Positions 9,004 through 18,193 of a stretch of 36,821 nucleotides of DNA are shown here, piece by piece. The notes beneath the pieces are model-generated. The model had not been told where the DNA came from and made no database searches. It saw only the letters and a program-made list of their open reading frames with translations. Location of the stretch: IMG/VR virus record IMGVR_UViG_3300044941_000515, positions 1-36,821 of that record; one strand, given 5' to 3'. The stretch comes from a virus. Its lineage: Duplodnaviria > Caudoviricetes. Numbering within the stretch: the stretch's first letter is position 1; each line of letters opens with the position of its first letter. A program made the position numbers and the translations under genes.

Positions 9004-12000
9004 CAGCCACCGATCCTTTGGCGCAGGAAACTGCCGTTGCGGTCGATCACGTTGAGGATGGTCTGCTCCAGGCCCCGGCTCTGCGCCATCGACTCGGCGA
9101 GCGCATCGGTGTTGATCGCATTGATCAGGCGCAGATTGAGTTGCGGGTTCAGACCCGCTGCCGCGCGCGCCAGGCCGCCCTCGGCAAAGTGCATGCGCGG
9201 TGCGCGGGGCAGCGACACGGACGGTGGTGCGGCATGCGCGAATCGCCGCGCGTGCCACGCCTCCAGCGCCGGCATGCCGCGGCGGTTGAAGTCTTCGAGG
9301 AAGGGCAACGCACCGGGCTGGCGCACGACAGCGGCCCGCGTGACGAACTCGAAATCCGACAGCCACGCCGGGATGCTGTCGGAGGTCGTCGTGCCCGGTC
9401 CGCGCACATGGCCGCCGGTGGCGTACCCGCCCCCGCCATTGAAGGTCGCCTGCGCGATCAGGCCGGCGATGGTCGCGCCCTGGGCGATGGCACCCGCGAT
9501 GAACGGAATGTTCTGCGGGAAGCCGACCTTGCTCGCTTCGGCCACGTTGTTGGCGAGCGCGAGCGCTGCCTGCGCGATCGCGAATGCCTTCGACAAGGCG
9601 AACAGGGCGCGATAGGTCGCGCTCTGCTCGCCGCCGAAGGATTTGGCGATGTCGGCGAGCTGGCCGAAGGTCGCGGACGCGCCGGCGAGCAGCACCTGCG
9701 TCTGCGCCGATTGCAGTTGCGCGAGCGCGGCCTGGTGCTGGCGCTCTATCGTTTCTTCCTGCGCATCCCACTGCGCGTTCAGATCGGCGCGCTGCGAGCG
9801 GAACTGCGCGAGCAGCGCAAGTTGTTCGGCGTGCCAGGCTTCGAGCCGCGTGCGCGACTGTTCGATCTGCGCGAGATCGCCGCCGGTCTGCCCGAGATCC
9901 GGTGTCGCACCGGGCACGCGGTCGAGCGCCGCATCGGGCTTCCGGAAGCTCGTCTGCGCCACGCGCGCCATCGCCGTGTCGAACGCGGCCTTGGTCGCGA
10001 TCCCGCCCCGCAGCGCGTCATTCAGCAGTTGGACCTGCGTGCGCGCCTCTTCCAGCGCGACCTCGGCCGGTGTGCGCAGACTGGTGCGCAGTGCCTCATA
10101 GGCGCGAGTCGTTTTTTCGAGTTCGGCCTTGCGTTCACGCTCGGCTTCGGCTGCCGCGCGGGCGGTGTCGAGCGCTTCCCCTTCGGCGATGAGCTGCGCC
10201 TTCAGCGCGGGTGCGAGCGTCTTCAGCGCACCCTGCGTGGTCTCGTAGCGCAGGCGCGCGGCCTCACCGGCGCGGGTCTGTCCGGCTTCGACCTCGCCCA
10301 GCAGCGCGATCTCGCGCCGCAGCGATTCCAGTTCGCGTTCGGCGGACTCGCGCGCGCGGTCGGCGTCGGTGGCCTTCGGCTTCGGTGCGCGCGGTCCCTT
10401 CGGCGCCTTGAACTGCTCCTCGATCTGCGCACGGCGCGTCTTCTCGAACGCCGCGAGCGATGCGCCCTCGACCTGGGTGACGCCGCCCGCACGCAGCGCG
10501 GCGATGTCGCGCTCGAGTTCGCGCAACTGCTGCGCCTTGGCGACGGCACGATCCTGGCCGAGCGCCGCCTGCGCGCGACCGAGGGCGTTGATCGCGTTGG
10601 TTTGCTTCGCCTGCGTCGCCGCCTGTGCATCGGCCTTCGCCTGTTCGGCGTTCGCCTCACGCTGGAGGGTCGCCTGCTCCTGGCGCAGCGCCAGGATGCG
10701 TTGCTTGGTGTCGGCATCGACCTCGGGGCTGGCCAGCACGCCATCGAGGGTGGCGATGCCGCCGAGTTCACGCCACTCGTTGCCGATGCGATCAAGTTCG
10801 TCGGTGGTCTTCTCCAGCCGGAACGCCAGATCGTCGCGGCCGATGTTGCGGATCGTCTGCCACACACCGCTGATGATCTTGCCGAGATTCCTCCACGCGC
10901 GTTCGAGCGAACCGGCGCGGGCATAGGCCTCCTGCACGCGCTGCTCGTGGGCCTGGGCGAAGGTCTCGATCGCGAGGCGTGCCGCATCGTGTGCGCGCCC
11001 CTGCGCTTCGAGCGCGCGCACATGCTGGTACACCTCGACCGAGAGGAACCGGTACTGCTGATTGAGTTCGAGCAGTTGCGCGGACGGCGCGCGCGCCAGC
11101 GCGATCACCTTCTGGGTCGTGTCCTCGATCGACGCGCCGGTGAGGGTCGAGAGATTGACCGCCGCGCTCGCCGCGAGTGCGAGCGTATCGCCCGCGACGG
11201 TGCCTGCGGCGGCCATCGCCGTCAGTGCGGCCTCGGCGTTGCCATACTCCCCTGTCGCGCCTCCGACGCTGTCCTTCACCACGCGCAGCTGGCCGGCGGT
11301 GGTCGCAGCGGCGTTGCCGCTGGCGATGAGCGCGCGCTCGTAGGCCTGCGTCTCGCGGTAGCCGGAGAGCGTCGCGGCGCCGACAGTGCCGATCACCGCC
11401 GCGACCAGGGCGAGGCCCGCGACCATCGGCGTGATCGCACCGAGCAGCGCGCGTGCGGCGGGCACAATGCCGCCGAAGGAGTCCTTCAACTGACCGCCCT
11501 GCTGGATCGCGACCAGCCACGGTTTCTGGCCGCCAGCCAGCGAGGTGAAGATATCCGTGATCTGCGCCGGCAGCTGCCGCATCGCCTGCCGGGTCTGACC
11601 GACGGAGATCCCGTACTGGTCCACGGCCCGGCGACCAACGTCGGTCGCGCGCGCGGCGGTGACGGTCGCGGTGGCAAGCCCGGTGCGGGTCGTCGCCAGG
11701 CGCGTTTCGAGCGCGTCGGCGCGGCGGTTGATCTCCAGCATCCGCAGTTCGGCGTCCCGGCGCAGCGCCTGGGCCTGACCCAGGGCGGCGGTGCGTTCGG
11801 CCGGCGTGCGCAACTGCTCCGGCGTCGCCGCGCTGAACACGGCGGTGGACGCGGCGCGCCGTTCGGCGATGCGCGCCTGCTCGACCGCCTGCTGGCGCAG
11901 CGCGGCGGCGTTGCGGGCCGCGGCGTCGGCTTCCAGGCGGGTGCGTCGCTCGACCTCGGCAGTGATCGCGCGCTGCGCGGCGAGCACGGGCGCCGCCTGC

Positions 12001-12149
12001 GCATCGACGGTCACCGCCCGGCCGGCGGCGCGCACCTGGCCGAGCGCGCGGTCGACCTGGGCCAGCGCGCTCTGCAGGCGGCCGAGACTGGTCTCGGCCT
12101 GCGCGGAATCGCCGCGGACCTTCAGATTGAGAACGAAATCCTGATTCAT
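9003..12149 (-). CDS. Tail length tape measure protein
   Basis: 1048 aa, Ala-rich helical. Lambda-type N-terminal motif QLPAQITDIFTSLAGGQKPWLVAIQQGGQLKDSFGG; C-terminal YATGGHVRGPGTTTSDSIPAWLSD. Confidence 0.95.
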   Translation of the reverse strand: MNQDFVLNLKVRGDSAQAETSLGRLQSALAQVDRALGQVRAAGRAVTVDAQAAPVLAAQRAITAEVERRTRLEADAAARNAAALRQQAVEQARIAERRAASTAVFSAATPEQLRTPAERTAALGQAQALRRDAELRMLEINRRADALETRLATTRTGLATATVTAARATDVGRRAVDQYGISVGQTRQAMRQLPAQITDIFTSLAGGQKPWLVAIQQGGQLKDSFGGIVPAARALLGAITPMVAGLALVAAVIGTVGAATLSGYRETQAYERALIASGNAAATTAGQLRVVKDSVGGATGEYGNAEAALTAMAAAGTVAGDTLALAASAAVNLSTLTGASIEDTTQKVIALARAPSAQLLELNQQYRFLSVEVYQHVRALEAQGRAHDAARLAIETFAQAHEQRVQEAYARAGSLERAWRNLGKIISGVWQTIRNIGRDDLAFRLEKTTDELDRIGNEWRELGGIATLDGVLASPEVDADTKQRILALRQEQATLQREANAEQAKADAQAATQAKQTNAINALGRAQAALGQDRAVAKAQQLRELERDIAALRAGGVTQVEGASLAAFEKTRRAQIEEQFKAPKGPRAPKPKATDADRARESAERELESLRREIALLGEVEAGQTRAGEAARLRYETTQGALKTLAPALKAQLIAEGEALDTARAAAEAERERKAELEKTTRAYEALRTSLRTPAEVALEEARTQVQLLNDALRGGIATKAAFDTAMARVAQTSFRKPDAALDRVPGATPDLGQTGGDLAQIEQSRTRLEAWHAEQLALLAQFRSQRADLNAQWDAQEETIERQHQAALAQLQSAQTQVLLAGASATFGQLADIAKSFGGEQSATYRALFALSKAFAIAQAALALANNVAEASKVGFPQNIPFIAGAIAQGATIAGLIAQATFNGGGGYATGGHVRGPGTTTSDSIPAWLSDFEFVTRAAVVRQPGALPFLEDFNRRGMPALEAWHARRFAHAAPPSVSLPRAPRMHFAEGGLARAAAGLNPQLNLRLINAINTDALAESMAQSRGLEQTILNVIDRNGSFLRQRIGG

Positions 12150-12159
12150 GGAACCTCGT

Positions 12160-12432
12160 TCACGAACGGCCGCGCAGGGACTTCACGCGCGCCTCGGCCG
12201 CCTCCCCGCCCCACACGGCGGTGGCCACGTCCTCGATGAAGTCCGCGCGGCGGTGGCGTTCGCCACGGTCGACGGCCTCGAAGGTCGCGAGGAGCTGGCG
12301 CTCGGTCATGCGGCCGAGTCGGACAAGGTCGCCGTAGCCGGCGGCGGCGAGTCGGGCGAAGAGATCGCCCCAGCGGAGGCGCCGGCCGCGAGCAGTTGGG
12401 CCTCGCGCAGTTCCGCCAGCACCTCGCGCACG
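12160..12432 (-). CDS. Tail assembly chaperone gpT-like segment (reached by -1 frameshift, or a separate ORF from ATG 12309)
   Basis: Open -1 frame overlapping the gpG-like gene and ending just before the tape measure gene; slippery T TTT TTC at 12438..12432. Confidence 0.6.
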   Translation of the reverse strand, partial: RARGAGGTARGPTARGRRLRWGDLFARLAAAGYGDLVRLGRMTERQLLATFEAVDRGERHRRADFIEDVATAVWGGEAAEARVKSLRGRS

Positions 12433-12797
12433 AAAAAAGCGGCGTTCACCGCGAACCAGGTCGCGAGGTACAGCTCCAATTCGTCGGGCGCGAGCGTCTC
12501 GAGCCACGCGGCGTCGACATCGCCGGCCTGCGCCGCAATCGCGGGAATCACCGCACGGTGGCGACCGAACAGTCGGCGCACCTGCGCGTACCGCAGCGCG
12601 CCGTCGTCGCTGGCGGCGATCAGATCGGCGATGAAGGCGGACGCGCGATCGGCGACGTCCAGCCCCTCGAAGAAACCGTACTCGCGGAGAACGATCGTGC
12701 GACCGCCGAGCACGAGCGTGCGATCCGGATGCAGGATCGCGAGGTCGTCTGCGGCGGCGGTCTCAGACGCAGGCGCGGCGGGCAGTTTCGTGGCCAT
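12306..12797 (-). CDS. Tail assembly chaperone gpG-like (DUF6631-like)
   Basis: Lies between the major tail and tape measure genes; DDLAILHPDR...REYGFFEGL...WFAVNAAFF. Confidence 0.8.
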   Translation of the reverse strand: MATKLPAAPASETAAADDLAILHPDRTLVLGGRTIVLREYGFFEGLDVADRASAFIADLIAASDDGALRYAQVRRLFGRHRAVIPAIAAQAGDVDAAWLETLAPDELELYLATWFAVNAAFFVREVLAELREAQLLAAGASAGAISSPDSPPPATATLSDSAA

Positions 12798-13552
12798 CAG
12801 ACCACCTCCGGCAGATCGAGCCGGCCGAAGCCGCCGAGCAGCGGGTCGGCCGCCGCTTCGGCATCGAACAGCACCGAGGCGGTCAGCTCGAACTGGCCGA
12901 ACGACTCGTGGATCAGGCCGAGGTTGCTCACCGGATTGAACTGCACGCGGTACAGGCGCACCTGTACCGGCGCGTTGTCGATCGAGTTGGTGCCGTCCAG
13001 ATACAGGAAGCGTTCGGGCGCCGACGTAGTGAGCATCGCCACGCTGGTGCGCGCGCCATAGCGGTAGGCCGCGCGCAGCGGTTGGACGAACGTCGCGAGG
13101 TTCAGCAGCTTGATCAGGCCCGCGCGAATGCTCTCGATCCGGTAGTGGGTGTTCGCCACCAGCGTGGCCGGCGCCGCGTTGCCGTCGGTCAACACGAACT
13201 GGCTGATCGTGGTGTGGTCGAGCGCGATCACGTCGTTCGGGGCAAGCCCCGCCGGAAACGCTTCACCCGTGACAGTGCCCGCAGCGATCGACGCCTTGCT
13301 CGCGTAGAGGCCGAGCAGCAGGTTGTCGATGTCGGCCCAGTTGATCGCGACGGTGAGTTCGGCCTCCTTGCCCTTCTGCAGCACGGCGGAGGTCAGGCGA
13401 TTGCCCGAGTACGATTCCTTGCGGGTCTCGGTCTCGGTCTTGAGGGTCAGGTCGCACTTGGGGGCATCGCCGACCCAGCGCAGCGCGCCGGGTCGACCGC
13501 CGGGCAGGCGGTTGCCCAGATAGAGTTTTCCCTGGAACGAAAAATCCTGCAT
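12797..13552 (-). CDS. Major tail tube protein
   Basis: 251 aa. FSFQGKLYLG, KESYSGNRL and V+LYRVQFNP motifs; position upstream of the chaperones. Confidence 0.85.
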   Translation of the reverse strand: MQDFSFQGKLYLGNRLPGGRPGALRWVGDAPKCDLTLKTETETRKESYSGNRLTSAVLQKGKEAELTVAINWADIDNLLLGLYASKASIAAGTVTGEAFPAGLAPNDVIALDHTTISQFVLTDGNAAPATLVANTHYRIESIRAGLIKLLNLATFVQPLRAAYRYGARTSVAMLTTSAPERFLYLDGTNSIDNAPVQVRLYRVQFNPVSNLGLIHESFGQFELTASVLFDAEAAADPLLGGFGRLDLPEVV

Positions 13553-13869
13553 CAGACGCTCCTGGCCGTCGTGTCGACGGCCGGTTCGGTGGGGGAAAGA
13601 TCGACCGCGACGCGCGCGCGGCGGTCATGACGTGGCGAGATCGCCTCGGTCGCCGATGCTTCGCTTCCCGTCCCATCGGCGACGGCAACGGGGGCGTCGG
13701 CGCCGGACGCGATCGGTGCGTCCGTGAGCGCGGGCGGCGGCGTGGTCAGGCCCCACGCCTCGAGCACGGCGGCATCGGCGTCGTTGACACTGAGTTCGAG
13801 GCCTTCCGGCGGCGGGTCGTAGGCGATGCCTTCGTGGGTGTGCGGGTGGTACAGGCGGATGGTTTTCAT
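13552..13869 (-). CDS. Small hypothetical virion-associated protein
   Basis: IRLYHPHTHEGIAY N-terminus followed by an Ala/Pro-rich tail; coupled to both neighbours. Confidence 0.65.
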   Translation of the reverse strand: MKTIRLYHPHTHEGIAYDPPPEGLELSVNDADAAVLEAWGLTTPPPALTDAPIASGADAPVAVADGTGSEASATEAISPRHDRRARVAVDLSPTEPAVDTTARSV

Positions 13870-14498
13870 GTGCGTGGTGCGTTGGGGGAAGAAGGGGCGG
13901 ACGCCCCGGCGGCGAGCCGCAGGAGACGTTCGGATTCGGCGGCGAGCACGCCGCGGGCGTAATCGACCAACCGCTCGGGGCGGCGGCCTTTGGCGAGCAT
14001 TTGCGCGGCGGTGGCGCCGTACTCGGCGACCAGCGGCTGGCGTTGTTTGCCGGCATAGCGGCCCTGCTGCATCGGGCGCTTGGGGCCTTCGCGGCGGAAC
14101 ACCTGCGCGTTGCGATTCACGCCCACGCCGAGGAAGGCGTGTTCGCGCAGGCTGCGTTTGCCGCGAAAAATGGCGGCGGTGACGCCACGCGAGGTCGGAC
14201 GCGCGGCGAAATTCCGCAGGCCGATCCCACGAAAGCGCCCCACCAGGCGCACGCCGTCGTCGGTGGTGCGCGATGACAGGTCTTGCGTGAGGCGGCGCGC
14301 GCCGATCTGGTACTCGGCCTGGATGTCGCGGCGAGCCTGCACCGGCAGACGCCGAGACAAGGTGCCGATCGCGCGCGCGTGCAGGGTCGGCAGGTGCGAG
14401 GCCAGCACGCTCAGATTGCGGGAGGCGGACAGCAGGCCGTCGAGATCGGCGTGCAGCGCGAACGCGCCGCCACCGACCTGCGTGGAGGTCGTGGTCAT
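13866..14498 (-). CDS. Tail completion protein, lambda gpZ-like
   Basis: Basic protein of about 210 aa from MTTTSTQV (ATG 14498); AFL...VFRREG motif; neck-region position. Confidence 0.65.
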   Translation of the reverse strand: MTTTSTQVGGGAFALHADLDGLLSASRNLSVLASHLPTLHARAIGTLSRRLPVQARRDIQAEYQIGARRLTQDLSSRTTDDGVRLVGRFRGIGLRNFAARPTSRGVTAAIFRGKRSLREHAFLGVGVNRNAQVFRREGPKRPMQQGRYAGKQRQPLVAEYGATAAQMLAKGRRPERLVDYARGVLAAESERLLRLAAGASAPSSPNAPRT

Positions 14499-14517
14499 GG
14501 GGAGGAATGAAAATTCG

Positions 14518-15150
14518 ATGGAAACAGCGAACGCGTCCGCTTCCGCGGAGGTTCGAGGTGGGTTACAACAGATCCCTGCCCTGGCCAGGAAAGGACGCAT
14601 GCCCGCACCGATTCGCGACAAGACCGCGGTACCGCCATTGCCCCCGCTGCCGCGCCATCTGGTCCGGTTGCACAAGGCGCTGGTGTGGTGGTGCAACGTC
14701 GTCGTGACCGATCCGCTGGGACGGCTGCGGTGGATCTACCGCTACATGAACATCTACAACCGCTTCATCTCGACCCTCGCGGTGTGTCGAAGAGGCTGCA
14801 GTGCGTGCTGCCACATCGACGTGGATCTCACCGAAACCGAGGCGGTCCTCATCGCACGTCATACCGGGCGCGACTACACGAAGCGGGCCATCCATACGCA
14901 TGGCCACACTTCGCCATGTCCGTTTCTGGGGGCGCAGGGCGAATGCACGATTTACTCGGTGCGCCCGTTCAACTGCCGCACCTTCCATGCGCTGGACGAT
15001 CCGAAGTACTGCGCGACCGGAGAGGATCACGCCGTCTATGGCCTCCCCTCCTTCGATTACACGTCGAAAATCCTGTTTTCGCTGGCGCAGGCCATCCGCC
15101 ACATTGACGGCCATCGCCCCCGGCGCGACATCCGGGATTTCTTCTCGTGA
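14518..15150 (+). CDS. YkgJ / CxxxCxxCC Zn- or Fe-S-cluster protein (moron); start uncertain (14518 or 14599)
   Basis: CRRGCSACCH ... CPFL....CTIYSVRPFNCRTF signature; antisense to the late operon. Confidence 0.85.
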   Translation: METANASASAEVRGGLQQIPALARKGRMPAPIRDKTAVPPLPPLPRHLVRLHKALVWWCNVVVTDPLGRLRWIYRYMNIYNRFISTLAVCRRGCSACCHIDVDLTETEAVLIARHTGRDYTKRAIHTHGHTSPCPFLGAQGECTIYSVRPFNCRTFHALDDPKYCATGEDHAVYGLPSFDYTSKILFSLAQAIRHIDGHRPRRDIRDFFS

Positions 15151-15162
15151 GCGGATCGGTCG

Positions 15163-15600
15163 TTACCGCGGCGAACGTCGGTACCGCGTCCCGAACAGCA
15201 CCTGCGCCGCCATCGCGGCCAGGCCATCCGGCCGGTCGAGCAGCACCGATTCCTGGAACTGCAGCGGCAGTCCGAGCGGCGCTTGCGCGTAACCATCCAG
15301 CGCATCCTCGATGTCGGCGATCGTCTCGACGATGCGCTGCTGCGCGTTGTCGATCCGCACCGGCACGAGCGCCTCGACGACGAACGTGAAGCCGCGTTCG
15401 CCGACACTGCGCGCATCGTCGGGATACAGGGTGGTCAGCGGATACAGCGTCAGGCGCGGCGCATCGCTCGGGTCGAAGGGCGCCGGCTCCAGGCGCACGT
15501 CGCGACCGGCGTCGGTGCGGTAGTCGTTCGCCCGACGCACCGTGCGCAGGCGCGCCTGCACCAGCTCAAGGATCGCCCACGGGATCGGCATCTCACCCAT
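15163..15600 (-). CDS. Tail terminator / neck protein (putative)
   Basis: RL..VRRANDYRTDAG motif; follows the head-tail joining gene. Confidence 0.65.
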   Translation of the reverse strand: MGEMPIPWAILELVQARLRTVRRANDYRTDAGRDVRLEPAPFDPSDAPRLTLYPLTTLYPDDARSVGERGFTFVVEALVPVRIDNAQQRIVETIADIEDALDGYAQAPLGLPLQFQESVLLDRPDGLAAMAAQVLFGTRYRRSPR

Positions 15601-15898
15601 GCAGCACCGTTTCGGTCACGAAGCCGTCGTCGACGACGATGCGCTCGATCCGGAAACGGCCGCCTGGCACGTGCAGGACATCGCCCGCACGCGGTCGCCA
15701 CTCGGGATTGCGGAACTTCACGGTGGTGACGCGGGCGAAGCCTTGGCTGTAGTCGCCCAGCTCGGCGACGTTGTAGGTGATCACCACGCGCACCGGCACC
15801 GGCGGCCGGCGACCGCGGCGCACAATGGCCGGCTCGCCGAATACCGCGAACAGCGCGTCGTGCGCGGCCTCGAAGGCCGGATCGAGCGGACTGCTCAC
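15593..15898 (-). CDS. Head-tail joining protein (gpFII-like)
   Basis: 101 aa, beta-rich, PRAGDVL...RFRIERIVVDDG; position. Confidence 0.7.
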   Translation of the reverse strand: MSSPLDPAFEAAHDALFAVFGEPAIVRRGRRPPVPVRVVITYNVAELGDYSQGFARVTTVKFRNPEWRPRAGDVLHVPGGRFRIERIVVDDGFVTETVLHG

Positions 15899-16419
15899 GC
15901 TAGATCCCGCGCGGCGTACCGCAGGTTCTCGGCGATCCGCCGCGTCCAGCCGCGACCGAACGCGACGAAGCGGTCGTGCTCGGCGTAGAGGTCCAGACGC
16001 AGCGCAAGCAGCCGCTCGATCAGCGACGCCTCATCGGCCGAACGCAGGGCCGCAAGCGTCACCGGCCCGAGTTGCCCATCGATCCGCACACCGGCCAACC
16101 GCTGCAGCCAGCGCACCGTGCGTCCGACGCCGTGGTTCACCGCGGCGTCGAGCGCCTGGAATGCGAGTGCGGGCGGCAACGCATCGCCCTGCAGCGGCGT
16201 CCAGAAGTCGCGCCGGTATAGCGCGATCGCCTCCGTCCGCGTGAGCTTGCCGATGGCGAGCGTCGGATACGTGCGCTGGCTGATGCCCCAGCGCGTGCGA
16301 CCGCCGGGATCGCGCGGATCGTCGGCATCGCCGCCCTCGTGGATCAGCACCCGGTCGATCGCGCGGACAAAGCGATCCCCGGCCGGCGGCATTGCCGCCA
16401 GCGTGTCGTGGTCGTTCAT
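15895..16419 (-). CDS. Endolysin, glycoside hydrolase family 108 with C-terminal peptidoglycan-binding region
   Basis: HEGG..DDPRDPGGRTRWGI, DAAVNHG, DGQLGPVTL and FGRGWTRR motifs. Confidence 0.92.
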   Translation of the reverse strand: MNDHDTLAAMPPAGDRFVRAIDRVLIHEGGDADDPRDPGGRTRWGISQRTYPTLAIGKLTRTEAIALYRRDFWTPLQGDALPPALAFQALDAAVNHGVGRTVRWLQRLAGVRIDGQLGPVTLAALRSADEASLIERLLALRLDLYAEHDRFVAFGRGWTRRIAENLRYAARDLA

Positions 16420-16428
16420 GGGCGTGCC

Positions 16429-17439
16429 TCAGTTGATCGAGAGCTTGACCAGCACGCTCGGCCGCAGGCACATCGGCAGCGGATTGGACTGCGTGTGCAG
16501 GTCGGTGCCGCGCTCGAACTTGCGCGGATCGAGCTTGGCGTACACCGGCCGGCCGAGCGTGTTGACCGTCTCGTTGAAGTCGGCCGGCGCGTTGTAGGTG
16601 CCGAAGGTGTTGAGGGTGCCGATCGGGAAGGCATGCGCCTCGCCCGGTGCGATGAACCGGCGCACGGTCCCTTCCAGGTCCGACGCCTTGCCGCGGTACT
16701 CCTCGAACACCAGACCGCCGAAGCTGAAGCCCTTGCGCACGTCGTTGATCAGCACCGCGCCCTGCTGCCACTGCGCGTAGGCCGTCTTGACGTCCTTGTG
16801 CGAGGTGAGCGCGGCGAAGAATTCCTGCGAGCACAGCACGCGCGCGCCGGTCATGAACTCACCGAGCAGGCCCTCCTCGATCAGCGCCAACGTCTCGATG
16901 CACTTTTGTTTGACGTCGGTGCCGTTGTTCGGGTTGTCGATCTGGAAGGGCACGTGCTGCTGCGCGATCCGGAACTCCTCGAACAGGTCGTAGAGCACGC
17001 TGCCGTCCGAGTCGAGGATCTGGCCCTTGAGCGCGCCCATGCGCAGGTGCTCAAGCGTGATCGCATGCTTGTTGCGCATGGTCTCCAGGCGCTCGGCGAT
17101 CACGCCCGCGACCGATTCGAGTTCGGTCTCCGAGCCGAACGCGCGCAGGCCGGAGACTTCCTCGGGCAGGACCACGTCGTCGTGCGGAATGTGCGGCGCG
17201 ACGAACGAGCGCACGCGGCGCTTGTCGTGCGCGGCGAGCGTGCCGGGCGAGCCCGGGGGCCGGGTCGGCAGCAGGGTCAGCACGCCGGCCTTCTCCTCGA
17301 CGAGGATCTGGCGCGAGCGCACCGGCTTCTCGGGGAACAGGTCCAGTTCCTGCAGCCGGCCGTAGCGGTTCGGAATCAGGTTGATGGCCGCGGTGAGCGC
17401 GGCCATCGAGAACGCGGGATTAGCGAAGGGATTCAGCAT
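16429..17439 (-). CDS. Major capsid protein (lambda gpE-like)
   Basis: Start MLNPFANPAFSMAALTAAIN (ATG 17439); TLEHLRMGALKG and QSNPLPMCLRP motifs; 336 aa. Confidence 0.93.
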   Translation of the reverse strand: MLNPFANPAFSMAALTAAINLIPNRYGRLQELDLFPEKPVRSRQILVEEKAGVLTLLPTRPPGSPGTLAAHDKRRVRSFVAPHIPHDDVVLPEEVSGLRAFGSETELESVAGVIAERLETMRNKHAITLEHLRMGALKGQILDSDGSVLYDLFEEFRIAQQHVPFQIDNPNNGTDVKQKCIETLALIEEGLLGEFMTGARVLCSQEFFAALTSHKDVKTAYAQWQQGAVLINDVRKGFSFGGLVFEEYRGKASDLEGTVRRFIAPGEAHAFPIGTLNTFGTYNAPADFNETVNTLGRPVYAKLDPRKFERGTDLHTQSNPLPMCLRPSVLVKLSIN

Positions 17440-17830
17440 GGGAGGCGGCGACCTGGGGGAATTGACGGACGAGGACGCCGAGCGCCGCCAGCTGCGCGAG
17501 GGCAGCTGCGGTCTGTTCGGCGGTGAGGGTGGGGGCGAAGACCAGCGCGCCGCCAAAGACGATGGCGTGACGCGAGACGATCACGCTGCGGCGGCGTTCG
17601 GTCGCGGTCGTGGTGATCGCTTCGATCAGGACACCGGCGGCGATCTCGCGGCCGTCGTTCGCGGCGGGATCGAGGGCGACGATCTCGCGGGTCGCGGTCA
17701 CGCGACCGACGACGGCGCCGAGCGCGAGGGTCTGGCCCGCGGCGACGACGACTTCGTCGCGGGAGTACAGATTCGGGGCTTCGTACTTGAGCAGGTCGGC
17801 GAGGTTGACGGGTTCGTGCAGCACAGGCAT
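17420..17830 (-). CDS. Head decoration protein (gpD-like)
   Basis: LADLLKYEAPNLYSRD, LALGAVVG and DG.EIAAGVL motifs; lies between protease and capsid. Confidence 0.88.
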   Translation of the reverse strand: MPVLHEPVNLADLLKYEAPNLYSRDEVVVAAGQTLALGAVVGRVTATREIVALDPAANDGREIAAGVLIEAITTTATERRRSVIVSRHAIVFGGALVFAPTLTAEQTAAALAQLAALGVLVRQFPQVAASHAESLR

Positions 17831-17833
17831 GGC

Positions 17834-18193
17834 TCAGGCTCCTTGCGGGGTCGTCGACGCGATGCGCTTGCGCACCGCATCGAGGACCGGGTTGGTGGTG
17901 GTCGCCGCCGCAGGCGCCGCGTTCGCGAGGTGGTGCGAGGCGATCTCGACCTGGTCGGCGCGGGCTTGCAGCAACACCTGGCGGACCTGGGCGGCGCTCA
18001 TGCGCGCGGCGAGGAACTCGGTGGTGCGTTCCGGGCAACCGGCGAGCAGGCACAGCTCGGCGATGGCGACGGCCTCTGCCTGCGGATCGGTGGAAGGCGG
18101 CGCGACGGACGCGGTCGGCGCCGGCACAGCGGCCGGTGCGGGCGCGGCAGGGGGCGTGGACGGCGCGGGCGCCGTCGCAGTGGATTCGGTCAT
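17834..18193 (-). CDS. Nested scaffolding protein (Nu3-like), in frame within the protease gene
   Basis: Internal ATG (MTESTATAP) with GGAG 6 nt upstream, after a Pro-rich linker; same arrangement as lambda C/Nu3. Confidence 0.6.
   Translation of the reverse strand: MTESTATAPAPSTPPAAPAPAAVPAPTASVAPPSTDPQAEAVAIAELCLLAGCPERTTEFLAARMSAAQVRQVLLQARADQVEIASHHLANAAPAAATTTNPVLDAVRKRIASTTPQGA

Noticed and set aside
9018-12239. Very long plus-strand ORFs (also 1570..3870, 3818..5446, 8101..9615, 20549..22813 and 26756..28504)
   Set aside because: These are antisense shadows of real minus-strand genes in high-GC DNA, with no recognisable motifs.
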